DNA of 64,000 nucleotides. Source: Thermoanaerobaculia bacterium. GTDB lineage: Bacteria > Acidobacteriota > Thermoanaerobaculia > Multivoradales > UBA5704. The position numbers were made by a program, and so were the translations under genes. The notes under the pieces are model-generated. The model ran no database searches and was not told where the DNA came from. It worked only from the letters and a program-made list of their open reading frames with translations. The DNA lies in NCBI GenBank assembly GCA_044226625.1, contig JBGAGQ010000007.1, positions 64,001-128,000 on the forward strand, given 5' to 3'. Positions 19,466-29,314 of this stretch are shown one piece after another (position 1 is the first letter of the stretch; every line of letters starts with the position of its first letter).

Positions 19466-19538
19466 ATTGAGGCGGAGGCGCCGTCAACCCCCGAATGCGG
19501 CCAGAAATCCGGCCCGCACGGCTAGAATGGCGCCCTCG

Positions 19539-19904
19539 ATGCGCCCCGGTCTCCTCACCCGCCTACTCTTCGTCTCGTACTGCCTGGAAGCGGGGATGTT
19601 CTTGGTCATGGTTCCTTGGAGCCCGGCCTGGGATCGGACCGCGATCCAGATCCCGATTCCCTTCCTCGCCGCGATCTTCCACACCACGTTCGCGCGCGCG
19701 GCGCTTTCCGGCTTCGGGATGGTCCACCTGATCTGGGGGGTCCACGATCTGAACGACCTCTGGCCTCGCCCGCGGCGCGAAGTTCCCGCGGCGGCGTCCG
19801 TGGCTTCCGAGGTCTCCGGAACCTCCGACGCTCCCTCCGCCGGGCACCGTGCCGCCGAGCCCGAGACCCCCGGTGCCCCCGGTGCAGCAACCCCCGGGAT
19901 TTGA
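19539..19904 (+). CDS. Small membrane protein (hypothetical)
   Basis: Two hydrophobic segments (LFVSYCLEAGMFLVMVPWS; ARAALSGFGMVHL); TAGAAT just upstream; start uncertain. Confidence 0.65.
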   Translation: MRPGLLTRLLFVSYCLEAGMFLVMVPWSPAWDRTAIQIPIPFLAAIFHTTFARAALSGFGMVHLIWGVHDLNDLWPRPRREVPAAASVASEVSGTSDAPSAGHRAAEPETPGAPGAATPGI

Positions 19905-20556
19905 CCTCCTGGCGATCAGCGACCGACGGCTCGTGCCCGGCGGCGCGCTCGAGCCCTGGCTCGCGAGCCTCGGGGCGGCCGGTGTCGGGGGGGTGCAAAT
20001 CCGCGAGAAGGATCTCTCGGATCGCGATCTCCACGCGCTCGCGGTCGCCGCGCGGCGCCTTCTCCCCCCGGAGACCACCCTCCTGGTGAACGGCCGCGCG
20101 GACCTGGCGATCGCCGTCGCAAACTTCCCCCCGGACGACGGGTCCGACACCGGCATCCGACCGAGGGTAGGGGTTCACCTGCCGGCGGCCGGCCTGCCGA
20201 TCGCGCCGCTGCGCGCCCGATTCGGCTCCCGGCTCCTGATCGGGAGCTCGACCCATTCGATCGCCGAGGTGGCAAGCGCGCGCGACGCGGGGGCCGACTT
20301 CGCCACCTTCGGCCCGGTATACCCCACGCCGAGTAAGGCGGCGTACGGCGACCCGGTCGGCCTGCCGGCCCTCGAACGGGCCGCCGCCCTCGGCCTCCCC
20401 CTGTACGCCCTCGGCGGCGTTACACTAGAGCGTCTGCCTGAGCTGGCGCGGGCGGGCGCCGCCGGGGCCGCCGGGATCCGCATCTTCCTCGAGCCCGGGG
20501 CGCTGCCGGACCTCGTCGCGGCCGGCCGCCGGCACTTCGCTTCCCGCCGCACATGA
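19849..20556 (+). CDS. Thiamine-phosphate synthase / TenI family protein
   Basis: VQIREKDL, LLVNGRADLA, GVHLP, GSSTHS, FGPVYPTPSK, ALGGV. Confidence 0.88.
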   Translation: MPPSPRPPVPPVQQPPGFDLLAISDRRLVPGGALEPWLASLGAAGVGGVQIREKDLSDRDLHALAVAARRLLPPETTLLVNGRADLAIAVANFPPDDGSDTGIRPRVGVHLPAAGLPIAPLRARFGSRLLIGSSTHSIAEVASARDAGADFATFGPVYPTPSKAAYGDPVGLPALERAAALGLPLYALGGVTLERLPELARAGAAGAAGIRIFLEPGALPDLVAAGRRHFASRRT

Positions 20557-20617
20557 CCGACATCTCCACGAGGCTCCCAGCTTGAACCGCGACGTAGACG
20601 AAATCGAGGCGCGAGCG

Positions 20618-21136
20618 ATGCCGAGATCTCCACGGAAGCTCGGCTTCCTCCTCCTCTCGCTCGCCATCCTGGTCTTCGACCAGTGGACGAAATGGCTGAT
20701 CGAGCTCCACCTTCCGCTCCACGCGTCGGAATCGATCATCCGCGGACTCGCGAACTTCACCCACGTGCGAAACACCGGCGTCGCGTTCGGGCTGTTCGCC
20801 GCGCAAGGGGTCGCGAGCGGCAGTTGGCTGCTCACCGCCCTCGGACTCGGCGCGCTCACGGCGGTCTGCATCTATTTCTGGCGCACGCCGACCAAGGACC
20901 GGACCCTGCTCACCGCGCTCGCCCTGGTGGTCGGCGGCGCGCTCGGCAATCTGCTGGACCGCGCGGCGACCGGCGCCGTGACCGACTTCGTCGATCTGTT
21001 CGTCGGGCTGCATCATTGGCCGGCGTTCAACGTGGCCGACGCCGCGATCTCGATCGGCATCGTCCTGATGGCGATCGACAGCCTGAAGCGCCGCCACCCG
21101 AGCCCGGAGCCGGCGGAACCCGCGGCGACGGCCTAG
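20618..21136 (+). CDS. lspA: Lipoprotein signal peptidase II
   Basis: DQWTK, NTGVAFG, GGALGNLLDR, VTDF, WPAFNVAD. Confidence 0.97.
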   Translation: MPRSPRKLGFLLLSLAILVFDQWTKWLIELHLPLHASESIIRGLANFTHVRNTGVAFGLFAAQGVASGSWLLTALGLGALTAVCIYFWRTPTKDRTLLTALALVVGGALGNLLDRAATGAVTDFVDLFVGLHHWPAFNVADAAISIGIVLMAIDSLKRRHPSPEPAEPAATA

Positions 21137-22120
21137 ATGGGACACCCCGCGCCCACCAGCTGGGTGGTCGCTCCGCCGTCGCCGGGCGAGCCGGCGCCTC
21201 CCCACGATCGAATCGACCGCCACGTCGCGCACCACCTGGACATCCCGCGCAACCAGGTTCAGCGCTGGCTGCGCGAGGGGAGGGTCACGAAGAACGGCAA
21301 GGCGGTTTCAGGATCCGAGCCGGTGCTCGCCGGAGACCGAATCTCCTGCGATCCCCCTGCTCCGGCGGACGATCGCATCGAGGCGGAGCACGGCGATCTC
21401 TCCTTGCTCTACGAGGATGCGGACCTGCTCGTGTTGGACAAACCCGCGGGGCTCGCCGTCCATCCGGGAGCCGGCCGGGCGACCGGAACGCTCGCCCACT
21501 TCCTGCTCGGGCACGACGCGGGCATCGCCGGGGTGGGTGGACCGGGGCGGCCGGGGATCGTCCACCGCCTCGACCTCGGCACGAGCGGCGCGCTGGTCGT
21601 GGCGAAGACCCCCGAGGCCTACCGGGCGCTCTCCGAGGCGTTCGCCACCCGCGCGGTCGAGAAGCGCTATCTCGCGATCGTCCATGGCGCGCCGAAACCG
21701 CCCGAAGGAACGATCGAAGCTCCGATCGGCCGCCATCCGACCCAACGCCAGGAGATGGCCGTGGTATCGCGAGGCCGGCCGGCGCGCACCGACTACCGTA
21801 CCGTCGCCGCGTCCGCGGGGCTCGCGCTGCTCGCGCTCCATCTCCACACGGGACGGACCCACCAGATCCGCGTCCACGCCAAGCATCTGGGACATCCGTT
21901 GGTGGGGGATCCGGTCTACGGTGAGGCGCGTTGGAAGAACCTCGAAAAACGTCGTCAGGCCGTCGTCCGCGATTTCGGCCGCCCCGCTCTCCACGCTTGG
22001 CGACTGGCGTTCGCCCACCCCACCACCGGGGCGCCGCTCGCTTTCGAAGCGCCGGTCCCCGTGGATCTCCGAACCCTCTGGTCGGAGGCGACGGGCTCCC
22101 CCTGGCCCTTGCCTTCCTGA
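21137..22120 (+). CDS. rluD: RluA/RluD family 23S rRNA pseudouridine synthase
   Basis: N-terminal S4 domain, KPAGLAVHPG, RPGIVHRLD, TGRTHQIRVH, GDPVYG, ALHA. Confidence 0.9.
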   Translation: MGHPAPTSWVVAPPSPGEPAPPHDRIDRHVAHHLDIPRNQVQRWLREGRVTKNGKAVSGSEPVLAGDRISCDPPAPADDRIEAEHGDLSLLYEDADLLVLDKPAGLAVHPGAGRATGTLAHFLLGHDAGIAGVGGPGRPGIVHRLDLGTSGALVVAKTPEAYRALSEAFATRAVEKRYLAIVHGAPKPPEGTIEAPIGRHPTQRQEMAVVSRGRPARTDYRTVAASAGLALLALHLHTGRTHQIRVHAKHLGHPLVGDPVYGEARWKNLEKRRQAVVRDFGRPALHAWRLAFAHPTTGAPLAFEAPVPVDLRTLWSEATGSPWPLPS

Positions 22121-22131
22121 GGAACGAGGAA

Positions 22132-23118
22132 TCAGACCGCGGCGACCGCGAGGTCGGCGCTCTCGTCGGCCGAACCGTCGGCGGGGTTTGCGGACGGGGC
22201 GGCGAGGTACTCCTCGATCATCGCGCCCAGATCGGAGCCTCCCGTGCGCGAGACCGCCTGCTCGACCAGCTCCCCGGCGAAACCGGCGAGCTCAGCGATC
22301 ACGCCGAGGTGCCCTTCGCGGGTGAGGGAGGCGAGGTCGTAGCGCGTCGCATCCACCCATCGGGACGCACGGAAGAGCGCCTGACCGGCCTCCGACGGCC
22401 GGCCGAGGCGGAGCCAGACCTCGCCGGCTATGCCGAGGAGCCCGGCGATGCGGCGGTTTTCACGCAGCTGGATCGGCGGCAGCGGGAGGGGCCGAGGGAC
22501 GAAGGGGGTGAAACCGAAACGAGCGAGCGAACGGGCGAAATCGCGTTCTTTCGGCGCCTCGCGGTGGAACAACGCCTCGAACGCGTCATCGCGGGCGAGC
22601 CGGCGACGCTCGGAGGGGGAAAGCTGGGGCGCCACGCCGTGGACGAAGGTCACCTCCTGGTCGGCCATTCGTTCGCCGATCAGGCTCCAGACTTCCGGAT
22701 CGTCGGTGAGGCCGGCGAGCAACGGGAAGGCGAGCCCGGCTCCGGCCGGCATTCGGTCGAGTAGCGAGAGATCCCCCGCGAGCACCGCGGGCAGCGCGTC
22801 GACCACGAGGGTCGCGCCCGGGACCGCGGCGCTCTCCCGAGGCAGAAGCTGGAGCAGGACCGGGGTGCCGCGCGACAGGTGGTCGCGAGCGAGCGCGTCG
22901 CGCGCCGCGGCCAGGCGCGGCGGAACCGGCGGCAGGTAGACGACGTCGTCGAGCGGCTGGCCGGTCAGGGAGGAAAAATCGCTCCCCTCCCCCGCCTCGC
23001 CGAGCTTGCCGCGCGAGAGGTCGAGCCAGGGCTCGTTCGCTCCCGGCCAGTCGCGAGGCGCGAACCGGACCCAGAAACGCGCGGGCTCCGGCCGCGTCGC
23101 CGCCCAGCGCAGGCTCAC
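22132..23118 (-). CDS. Hypothetical protein, possibly a degenerate radical-SAM-like barrel
   Basis: GTG start overlaps the ribE stop. PLLAGLTDD resembles the PxxPGLTD motif of SplB/Rv2578c-like proteins, but there is no CxxxCxxC. Confidence 0.6.
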   Translation of the reverse strand: MSLRWAATRPEPARFWVRFAPRDWPGANEPWLDLSRGKLGEAGEGSDFSSLTGQPLDDVVYLPPVPPRLAAARDALARDHLSRGTPVLLQLLPRESAAVPGATLVVDALPAVLAGDLSLLDRMPAGAGLAFPLLAGLTDDPEVWSLIGERMADQEVTFVHGVAPQLSPSERRRLARDDAFEALFHREAPKERDFARSLARFGFTPFVPRPLPLPPIQLRENRRIAGLLGIAGEVWLRLGRPSEAGQALFRASRWVDATRYDLASLTREGHLGVIAELAGFAGELVEQAVSRTGGSDLGAMIEEYLAAPSANPADGSADESADLAVAAV

Positions 23119-23795
23119 GCCCACACCCCCGCGAGCGATCCGACCCCTTCGGAGGCCGGCTCGCCCAGCCGCGCGACGAGCGCCCGTTCCACGTATTTGG
23201 CCAGGACGTCTACCTCGAGATGGACCCGATCGCCCGGGACGAGGCGCTCGAGGGTCGTCACCGCGAGCGTATGCGGCACGAGCGCCACTTCGAATCGATC
23301 CGCCGTGAGGGAGGAGACCGTGAGGCTCACACCGTCCACCGTGATCGAGCCCTTTTCCGCCAGATAGCGAGCGAGCGCCGGGGGCGCCGCGAACGCGAGG
23401 ACGCGAAACCCTTCCTGCTCGCGCCGGTCGACGACCGTGGTGGTACCGTCGACGTGCCCCTGCACCCAGTGGCCGCCGAGCGGATCGCCGACCCGCAGCG
23501 CCGGCTCCAGGTTGACCGTCGCGCCCGCCTTGAGGTCGCCCAGAGCGGTCCGGTCGAGCGTCTCCCGCGAGAGCTCGAACCGCGCCCGCCACGGAAGGGA
23601 CTCGACCGAGCTCGGCTCGAAGGCGACCACGGTCAGACAGACGCCGGAGACGGCGAGGCTCGCCCCGAGCGGGGGCGAAGGGAGCCGGCTCGAGACCTCG
23701 GCCGGAACGTCCACCGCGAGACGGCAGCCCCCGCCCGGCATCGGTTCCGGATCCGAGGGCAAGCGCCCGGTGCCGAGGATCAGCCCGCTGAACAT
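23115..23795 (-). CDS. ribE: Riboflavin synthase (alpha chain)
   Basis: MFSGLI, GASLAVSGVCLT, VNLEPAL, GGHWVQGHVD, KGSITVDGVSLT. Confidence 0.95.
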   Translation of the reverse strand: MFSGLILGTGRLPSDPEPMPGGGCRLAVDVPAEVSSRLPSPPLGASLAVSGVCLTVVAFEPSSVESLPWRARFELSRETLDRTALGDLKAGATVNLEPALRVGDPLGGHWVQGHVDGTTTVVDRREQEGFRVLAFAAPPALARYLAEKGSITVDGVSLTVSSLTADRFEVALVPHTLAVTTLERLVPGDRVHLEVDVLAKYVERALVARLGEPASEGVGSLAGVWA

Positions 23796-23883
23796 CGGCG
23801 TTTCGCCCTCCCGGCCTTTCGGTTCGATACGACTTTCTTCACCTTTCGAATCGTACCAGAGCGTCGAACGAACGAAACGTTTT

Positions 23884-25005
23884 TCAGAGCGCGCGAAGCA
23901 GCTCGGATAGGGCTCCGGCGCGCACGCCGGAGAGGATCACGTCCGCTCCGCGCCGTTTGACCTCGATCGATTCGAGTCCCGGAGCCTCGACGAGCCGCGC
24001 GAAACCGGCTCCTCCCACGGGCGTCGGCGCGGAGCGCCCACCGATCACCCGAGGCGCGAGATCGACGTGCACCGCGTCGTAGAGACCCGAAGAGACGAAG
24101 CTCGCGTGGACTTCTCCGCCCCCCTCGACGAGGACGCTTCGCACGCCGCGCTCGAACAACGAGGCGAGGATCGCCGCAGGCTCGACCTTCGCCAAGCGCA
24201 CCACGTCCGCGCCGGCCAAGGTCAGCTCGAGCGCCGCCTCCACGTCGTCCGATTCGGTGAAGATCACGATCGGACCGTCGCTCTCGAACATCCGCGCCTT
24301 CCCCGGTGTCCGCAGCCGCCGGTCGAGCACGACGCGAAGGTTGGCTCCCCGGGACCGTCCCAGCCGCCGGTCGAGCCGCGGATCGTCCGCCAGCACCGTG
24401 CCCACCCCGACGAGGATCGCATCGTGCTCTTCGCGGAGAAGAAGGGCGGTTTCGCGCGCCCGGACCGAGGAGATCCAGCGGCTCTCACCTGCGACGGTCG
24501 CGATCTTGCCGTCCAGGCTCATCGCCCATTTGAGCGTCACCGCGGGCCGGCCGAGCACCTGCGAGACGAAGAAGGGCAGGTTGATCCGCACCGCCTCGCG
24601 GGCGAGGGCACCGACCTCCACCGCGACCCCCGCCGCGCGCAATCGGGCGAACCCCTGCCCGGCGACCTGGGGGTTCGGATCGCCCACGGACGCGACCACG
24701 CGGGAGACGCCGGCGGCGATGACCGCGTCGGCGCAGGGCGGCGTACGGCCGAAATGCGAGCAAGGCTCGAGCGTCACGTAAAGCGTGGCACCCTCCGCGG
24801 CGCCCGGGGCCGAGGCCGCGGCGGCGAGCAGGGCCTCGACTTCCGCGTGAGGCCCCCCGACTTCTTGGTGCCATCCCTCGGCGACGACCGCACCGTCGCG
24901 TACTAGGACGGCACCCACCCGGGGGTTGGGCGCCGTGCGATACCGGCCGAGACTCGCGAGCCGAAGCGCGCGTCGAAGGTGTTTGAGATCGGTGCGGTCG
25001 GCCAA
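23884..25005 (-). CDS. ribD: Bifunctional riboflavin deaminase/reductase
   Basis: PNPRVGAV, HAE, TLEPCSHFGRTPPC, SLDGKIA, VLVEGG. Confidence 0.97.
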   Translation of the reverse strand: MADRTDLKHLRRALRLASLGRYRTAPNPRVGAVLVRDGAVVAEGWHQEVGGPHAEVEALLAAAASAPGAAEGATLYVTLEPCSHFGRTPPCADAVIAAGVSRVVASVGDPNPQVAGQGFARLRAAGVAVEVGALAREAVRINLPFFVSQVLGRPAVTLKWAMSLDGKIATVAGESRWISSVRARETALLLREEHDAILVGVGTVLADDPRLDRRLGRSRGANLRVVLDRRLRTPGKARMFESDGPIVIFTESDDVEAALELTLAGADVVRLAKVEPAAILASLFERGVRSVLVEGGGEVHASFVSSGLYDAVHVDLAPRVIGGRSAPTPVGGAGFARLVEAPGLESIEVKRRGADVILSGVRAGALSELLRAL

Positions 25006-25033
25006 GCTCGATCCACCGGGTGAGTCGGTCGCC

Positions 25034-26011
25034 CTAGCCCAGCAGAGCGCTCGCGAACGCTCGCGGCTCGAAATCGACCAGGTCGTCCGCCTTTTCGCCC
25101 ACTCCCAAGAACAGGACCGGCAGCTTGAGCTCGCGCGCGATCGCGACCGCCATGCCCCCTTTGGCCGTGCCGTCGAGCTTGGCGAGCAGGACGCCGTCGA
25201 CCGGTACGACCTGGGAGAACGTCCGCGCCTGGGCGAGCGCGTTCTGGCCGGTCGTGGCGTCGAGCACCAGGATCGTCTCGCGCGGCCAGCCGGCGGCTTC
25301 GCGGTCGATCACCCGGTTCACCTTCGACAGCTCGGCCATCAGGTGGTCCTTGGTGTGGAGGCGCCCGGCGGTGTCGACGATCAGCCGGGTCACCCCTCGG
25401 GCGCGGGCCGCCTGGATCGCGTCGAAGACCACGGCGGCCGGGTCGGCCCCGGTCGCCTGCCGGATCACGTCGACCTCCAGGCGCTCCCCCCAGAGGGCGA
25501 GCTGCTCGATCGCCGCGGCGCGGAACGTGTCGGCCGCCGCGAGCAGCACGCGCTCCCCCTGATCCTTCGAGCGGCGCGCGAGCTTCGCGATCGAGGTGGT
25601 CTTGCCGACGCCGTTGACCCCGACGACCAGGGTCACCCTAGGTCCGTCGCCGAGCGGCTTCTTCTTCGGCGCCTGCTCGAGCAGGAGCGCGACCTCGTTC
25701 GAGAGCCGGGCGCGAAGCGCCTGCGGATCCGCCGTCTCGCTACTCTTGCGCAGCTTTTCGACCAGATCGAGGGCGGTCTCCACCCCGAGGTCCGCGGAGA
25801 TCAACGCTTCTTCCAGATAGTCGAGCGTCGTCGCGTCGAGCACCGCGCGGCCGGCGACGGCGGCGCCCACCCGCTCGATGATCTCGGTATGGGTCATCAA
25901 CAGCCCGCGCTTGAGCTTGGTCCAGAATCCCGCCTTCTTCGCCGCGTCGGGATCGGGGACCTGCGCCTCGGGCGCGAGCGCGAGGTCGATCGGAGGCTTC
26001 GTTTCCTTCAT
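25034..26011 (-). CDS. ftsY: Signal recognition particle receptor FtsY
   Basis: GVNGVGKTTSIAKLA, DTFRAAA, DTAGRL, DATTGQN, KLDGTAKGG. Confidence 0.97.
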   Translation of the reverse strand: MKETKPPIDLALAPEAQVPDPDAAKKAGFWTKLKRGLLMTHTEIIERVGAAVAGRAVLDATTLDYLEEALISADLGVETALDLVEKLRKSSETADPQALRARLSNEVALLLEQAPKKKPLGDGPRVTLVVGVNGVGKTTSIAKLARRSKDQGERVLLAAADTFRAAAIEQLALWGERLEVDVIRQATGADPAAVVFDAIQAARARGVTRLIVDTAGRLHTKDHLMAELSKVNRVIDREAAGWPRETILVLDATTGQNALAQARTFSQVVPVDGVLLAKLDGTAKGGMAVAIARELKLPVLFLGVGEKADDLVDFEPRAFASALLG

Positions 26012-26135
26012 CTTCCGGATGATATCCGATGGGGGCCGCTCGCCTGGGCCGCACGACACTCCGAGCGGTTCGGATCCGGCCGGGATCACCCTGGCCGCCC
26101 TTCTCTCGGGTAAGGTAGGGAAAACCCAGTCCGGG

Positions 26136-29093
26136 ATGCATTACTTCGATTTCAGGCTCGATTTCGTTCCGCACGGCCTCGACGGCGTCGCCGTGAGGGT
26201 CGCCTATTCGCCGGCCGGCGAGGGGAGCCTCGAACCGCTCGAGCCGAGCACCCTGCGCGACAATCTGGCGCTTGCGGCTCAATGGATGGCGGACCGGCAG
26301 GCTCTCGAGCTCCGCCCCTCCGAGCCCGCCGCGCTTGGCTCGCTCGGCGGGCGCCTGTACGACGGCACGTTTCGCGGCTCCGTCCGGCGCCTCTTCGAAC
26401 GGACCCTCGGCGCCCTGCGGCCGGATCAAGGGCTACGGCTTCGCCTCCAGATCGACCTCCGCGAGCCGCGGCTGTCGCCGCTCCACTCCCTACCCTGGGA
26501 GCTGCTCTTCGAGCCGACCGACCATCATCCGTTCGCGTTGGACCGACGCTTCTCGATCGTCCGCCACGTCCCCCGCCCCCATGGGCGTCCCCGGCGCGAG
26601 CCACCCGGCCGGTTGCGCATCCTGCTCGTGGCGGCCCAGCCGCGGGCGGCGAGGCTGCTCTCGATCGAGGAGGAGGTCGAGCGAATCCATGGCGCCCTCG
26701 ACGGACGCGCGGAGATCGAGGTGCTGCCGCTCGTCCGTCCGACCCAGGAGGCGCTCCGCCGCGCGCTCGTGGAAGAGGATCCGATCCACGTCCTCCACTT
26801 CATGGGCCATGCTGAATTCGACGTCCTCTCGGGCGCAGGCAAGCTCCTGTTCGAAGATGGCCGGCGTGGCGCCGCACGGGTCTCGAGCGGATCGCTCGCC
26901 GACCGTCTTCGCGACCGGTCGACGCTGCGGCTGGTGTTCTTGAACGCCTGCGGCACCGCCCGTTCCGCCCCGTCCGAGCCGTTCGGAGGAGTGGCCGCGG
27001 CGCTGGTCCGGGCGGGGATCCCCTCCGTGGTCGCGATGCAATGTCCGATCGCCGATCGGGCGGCGATCGCCTTCAGCGAGACCGTTTACCGCCGCCTGGC
27101 GGCGGGCGACTCGATCGACGCTGCGGTGACCGAGGGGCGCCACGCGGTGGCCGTCCGTTGCCCGGAACCTGGAGCCTGGGCGATACCGGTCCTGTTCTCT
27201 CACGCTCCCGACGAAAGGCTTTTCGATCCTCCTCCCGCGGCGCCCGAGGCCGGCCCGCGCGGGCGGCCGTCAAAAACCAACGCCTCTTTCGGCGGCGAAC
27301 CGGTTTCGTTTCCTGCCCCGCGCCCCTTGCATCAGTTGCCCATTCCACCGGCCGACTTCGTCGGGCGGGATTCGGAGCTGCGCGAGCTTCGAGCCGCGAT
27401 CTCGGAGGGGACCGCGGCGGTCTGCGCCCTGTTCGGCATGGGCGGCGTCGGCAAGACGACCCTCGCCGTCCGCCTTGGCCACGAGTTGCGCGAGTCCTTC
27501 CCGGATGGCCAGATCTTCGTCGACCTGCGGGGGATGAGCGAAACTCCGCTCTCGCCGAGCGAGGCGGCCGCGCACGTCATCCGCTCGTTCCACCCGGAGT
27601 CGCCCCTCCCCGACGACGCCCGGCTTTTCGCCCTCTATCGCGAGGTCCTCCAAGACCGGAGGGTCCTCCTGCTGCTCGACGACGCGTCCGGCCGCGAGCA
27701 GGTCGAGCCGATGGTTCCCCCTGGGCGCTGCGCGCTTCTCGTAACCTCGCGCCAACGCTTCAGCCTTCCCGGCCTCGTTCGGCAAGATCTCGGGCTGCTC
27801 CCCGAAGCCGAAGCCTGCGCACTGCTGCGGAGGATCTCGCCGCGCATCGGACCGAACGCCCCCGAGATCGCCAAACAGTGCGGCGAGCTGCCGTTCGCCC
27901 TGCGGCTCGCCGCGGGCACGCTTGCCGAGCGCTCCGACCTCTCGGTCGCCGGCTTTCTCGATCGATTGACGCGAGAAGGTCAGAGAGCGAAGCTCGGCCA
28001 CGCGGTCCTCGGCGTGGGTCACGCGCTCTTGCCGGAACGTCTCCAGCGGAGGTTCCGGCTGCTCGCCGTGTTTCCCGCGGGCTTCGACGCGCCCGCAGCA
28101 GCCGCGATCTGGGACCTACAAGGGCAGGAGGACGAGACCGACGACTCGCTCGGCGAGCTGGTACGCCGGAGTCTCCTCGACGGCGAAGATGGACGCTACC
28201 GCCTGCACGATCTCGCCCGCGCCTTTGCCGGCTCGGGCCTTACGGCGGACGAACGCGAGGCGGCTCAGGAGCGCCACGCCCGTCACTACCTCGACCGGCT
28301 GGCCGCCGCGACGGAGGTCTACCTCCGAGGCGGCGAGAACATCCTGGACGCGCTCGCGGTCTTCGATCGGGAACGCCCTCACTTCGTCGCCGGGCAGGGG
28401 TGGGCCGCGGCGCGAGCCGAGACCTCGAGAGCGGCCGCGTGGGCCGCGGCGCGCTACGCCTACGAGGGGTCGCACCTCCTCAAGCTTCGGCTTTCCCGCG
28501 AGGAGCAGATCGTCTGGGTGGAGGCGGGACTCGCCGCCGCCCGCCGCCTCGCCGACCGGCCGCTCGAAGGGGCGCTGCTCGGCGACCTCGGAATCACCCG
28601 CGCCTCCCTCGGCCAGTCCGAAGAAGCCTGTACCTGCTTCGAGCAATCTCTCGCCTTGGCGCGGGCGATCGGCGATCGGCGCGGCGAGAGCAACGCGCTC
28701 GGCAACCTCGGCAACGCCTATGCCGAACGGGGCGATCCACGGCGCGCGATCGACCTCCACGCGCAAGACCTTGTTCTCCGACGGGAGCTGGGGGATCGGC
28801 GGGGCGAAGGCAACGCGCTCGGCAATCTCGGTACGGCGTATGCCGACCTCGGAGACACCGAGCGCGCGATCGAGCTCTATCGGGAACGGATCGAGATCGC
28901 GCGCGAAATCGGCGATCGGCGCGGTGACGCCAACGCCTGCTGGAACCTGGGCGCCGTGTACGAGACGCGCGGCGACCTCTCCCGAGCGGTCGATTCGATG
29001 CAGGTCTGCGTCGATTTCGAGCGCGAGATCGGCCATCCCGACGCCGAGCGTGACGCCGCGCACGTCGAAGCCCTTCGGGCTCGCCTCATCTGA
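26136..29093 (+). CDS. CHAT-NB-ARC-TPR protein (STAND/NLR-like, with a caspase-like N-terminal effector)
   Basis: CHAT: LPWELL, LHFMGHA, LNACGTA, VVAMQ, WAIPVL. NB-ARC: FVGR, GMGGVGKT, LLLLDD, LVTSR, GELPFAL, YRLHDL. C-terminal GDRRGExNALGNLG TPRs. Confidence 0.9.
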   Translation: MHYFDFRLDFVPHGLDGVAVRVAYSPAGEGSLEPLEPSTLRDNLALAAQWMADRQALELRPSEPAALGSLGGRLYDGTFRGSVRRLFERTLGALRPDQGLRLRLQIDLREPRLSPLHSLPWELLFEPTDHHPFALDRRFSIVRHVPRPHGRPRREPPGRLRILLVAAQPRAARLLSIEEEVERIHGALDGRAEIEVLPLVRPTQEALRRALVEEDPIHVLHFMGHAEFDVLSGAGKLLFEDGRRGAARVSSGSLADRLRDRSTLRLVFLNACGTARSAPSEPFGGVAAALVRAGIPSVVAMQCPIADRAAIAFSETVYRRLAAGDSIDAAVTEGRHAVAVRCPEPGAWAIPVLFSHAPDERLFDPPPAAPEAGPRGRPSKTNASFGGEPVSFPAPRPLHQLPIPPADFVGRDSELRELRAAISEGTAAVCALFGMGGVGKTTLAVRLGHELRESFPDGQIFVDLRGMSETPLSPSEAAAHVIRSFHPESPLPDDARLFALYREVLQDRRVLLLLDDASGREQVEPMVPPGRCALLVTSRQRFSLPGLVRQDLGLLPEAEACALLRRISPRIGPNAPEIAKQCGELPFALRLAAGTLAERSDLSVAGFLDRLTREGQRAKLGHAVLGVGHALLPERLQRRFRLLAVFPAGFDAPAAAAIWDLQGQEDETDDSLGELVRRSLLDGEDGRYRLHDLARAFAGSGLTADEREAAQERHARHYLDRLAAATEVYLRGGENILDALAVFDRERPHFVAGQGWAAARAETSRAAAWAAARYAYEGSHLLKLRLSREEQIVWVEAGLAAARRLADRPLEGALLGDLGITRASLGQSEEACTCFEQSLALARAIGDRRGESNALGNLGNAYAERGDPRRAIDLHAQDLVLRRELGDRRGEGNALGNLGTAYADLGDTERAIELYRERIEIAREIGDRRGDANACWNLGAVYETRGDLSRAVDSMQVCVDFEREIGHPDAERDAAHVEALRARLI

Positions 29094-29129
29094 TCCGGAG
29101 GACGCCGTGCCGGTGGCGCACTCCGAGCG

Positions 29130-29301
29130 AAGGACCGCCTAAATCTGCCTGCATGAAAGTCTTGAGCGTCCGAGAAATTCTCAACTTGCACACCTGGGCG
29201 TAGCATGGTAGCCGTGCATTCGCATCAACGAGCAGTACCGGGTGTGTTTCGTCTGGGTCGACGGTGAGCCGGACGAAGTCGAAATTGTCGACTATCACTG
29301 A
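29130..29301 (+). pseudogene. higB: Decayed HigB toxin (only the C-terminal ~29 codons intact)
   Basis: 29218-29301 translates IRINEQYRVCFVWVDGEPDEVEIVDYH*, a typical HigB C-terminus. In-frame TAG at 29209-29211 and no intact N-terminus; the 5' boundary is approximate. Confidence 0.8.
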
Positions 29302-29314
29302 AAGTGAGGATCTC

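Noticed and set aside
19849-20556. Assigning the symbol thiE
   Set aside because: ThiE cannot be distinguished from TenI-like paralogs by eye, and no other thi genes are adjacent.
25005-25034. FMN riboswitch upstream of ribD
   Set aside because: Only 28 bp separate ftsY and ribD, and no RFN consensus is visible.
25878-26135. N-terminal extension of the CHAT-NB-ARC ORF
   Set aside because: Overlaps ftsY on the opposite strand; ATG 26136 is the more plausible start.
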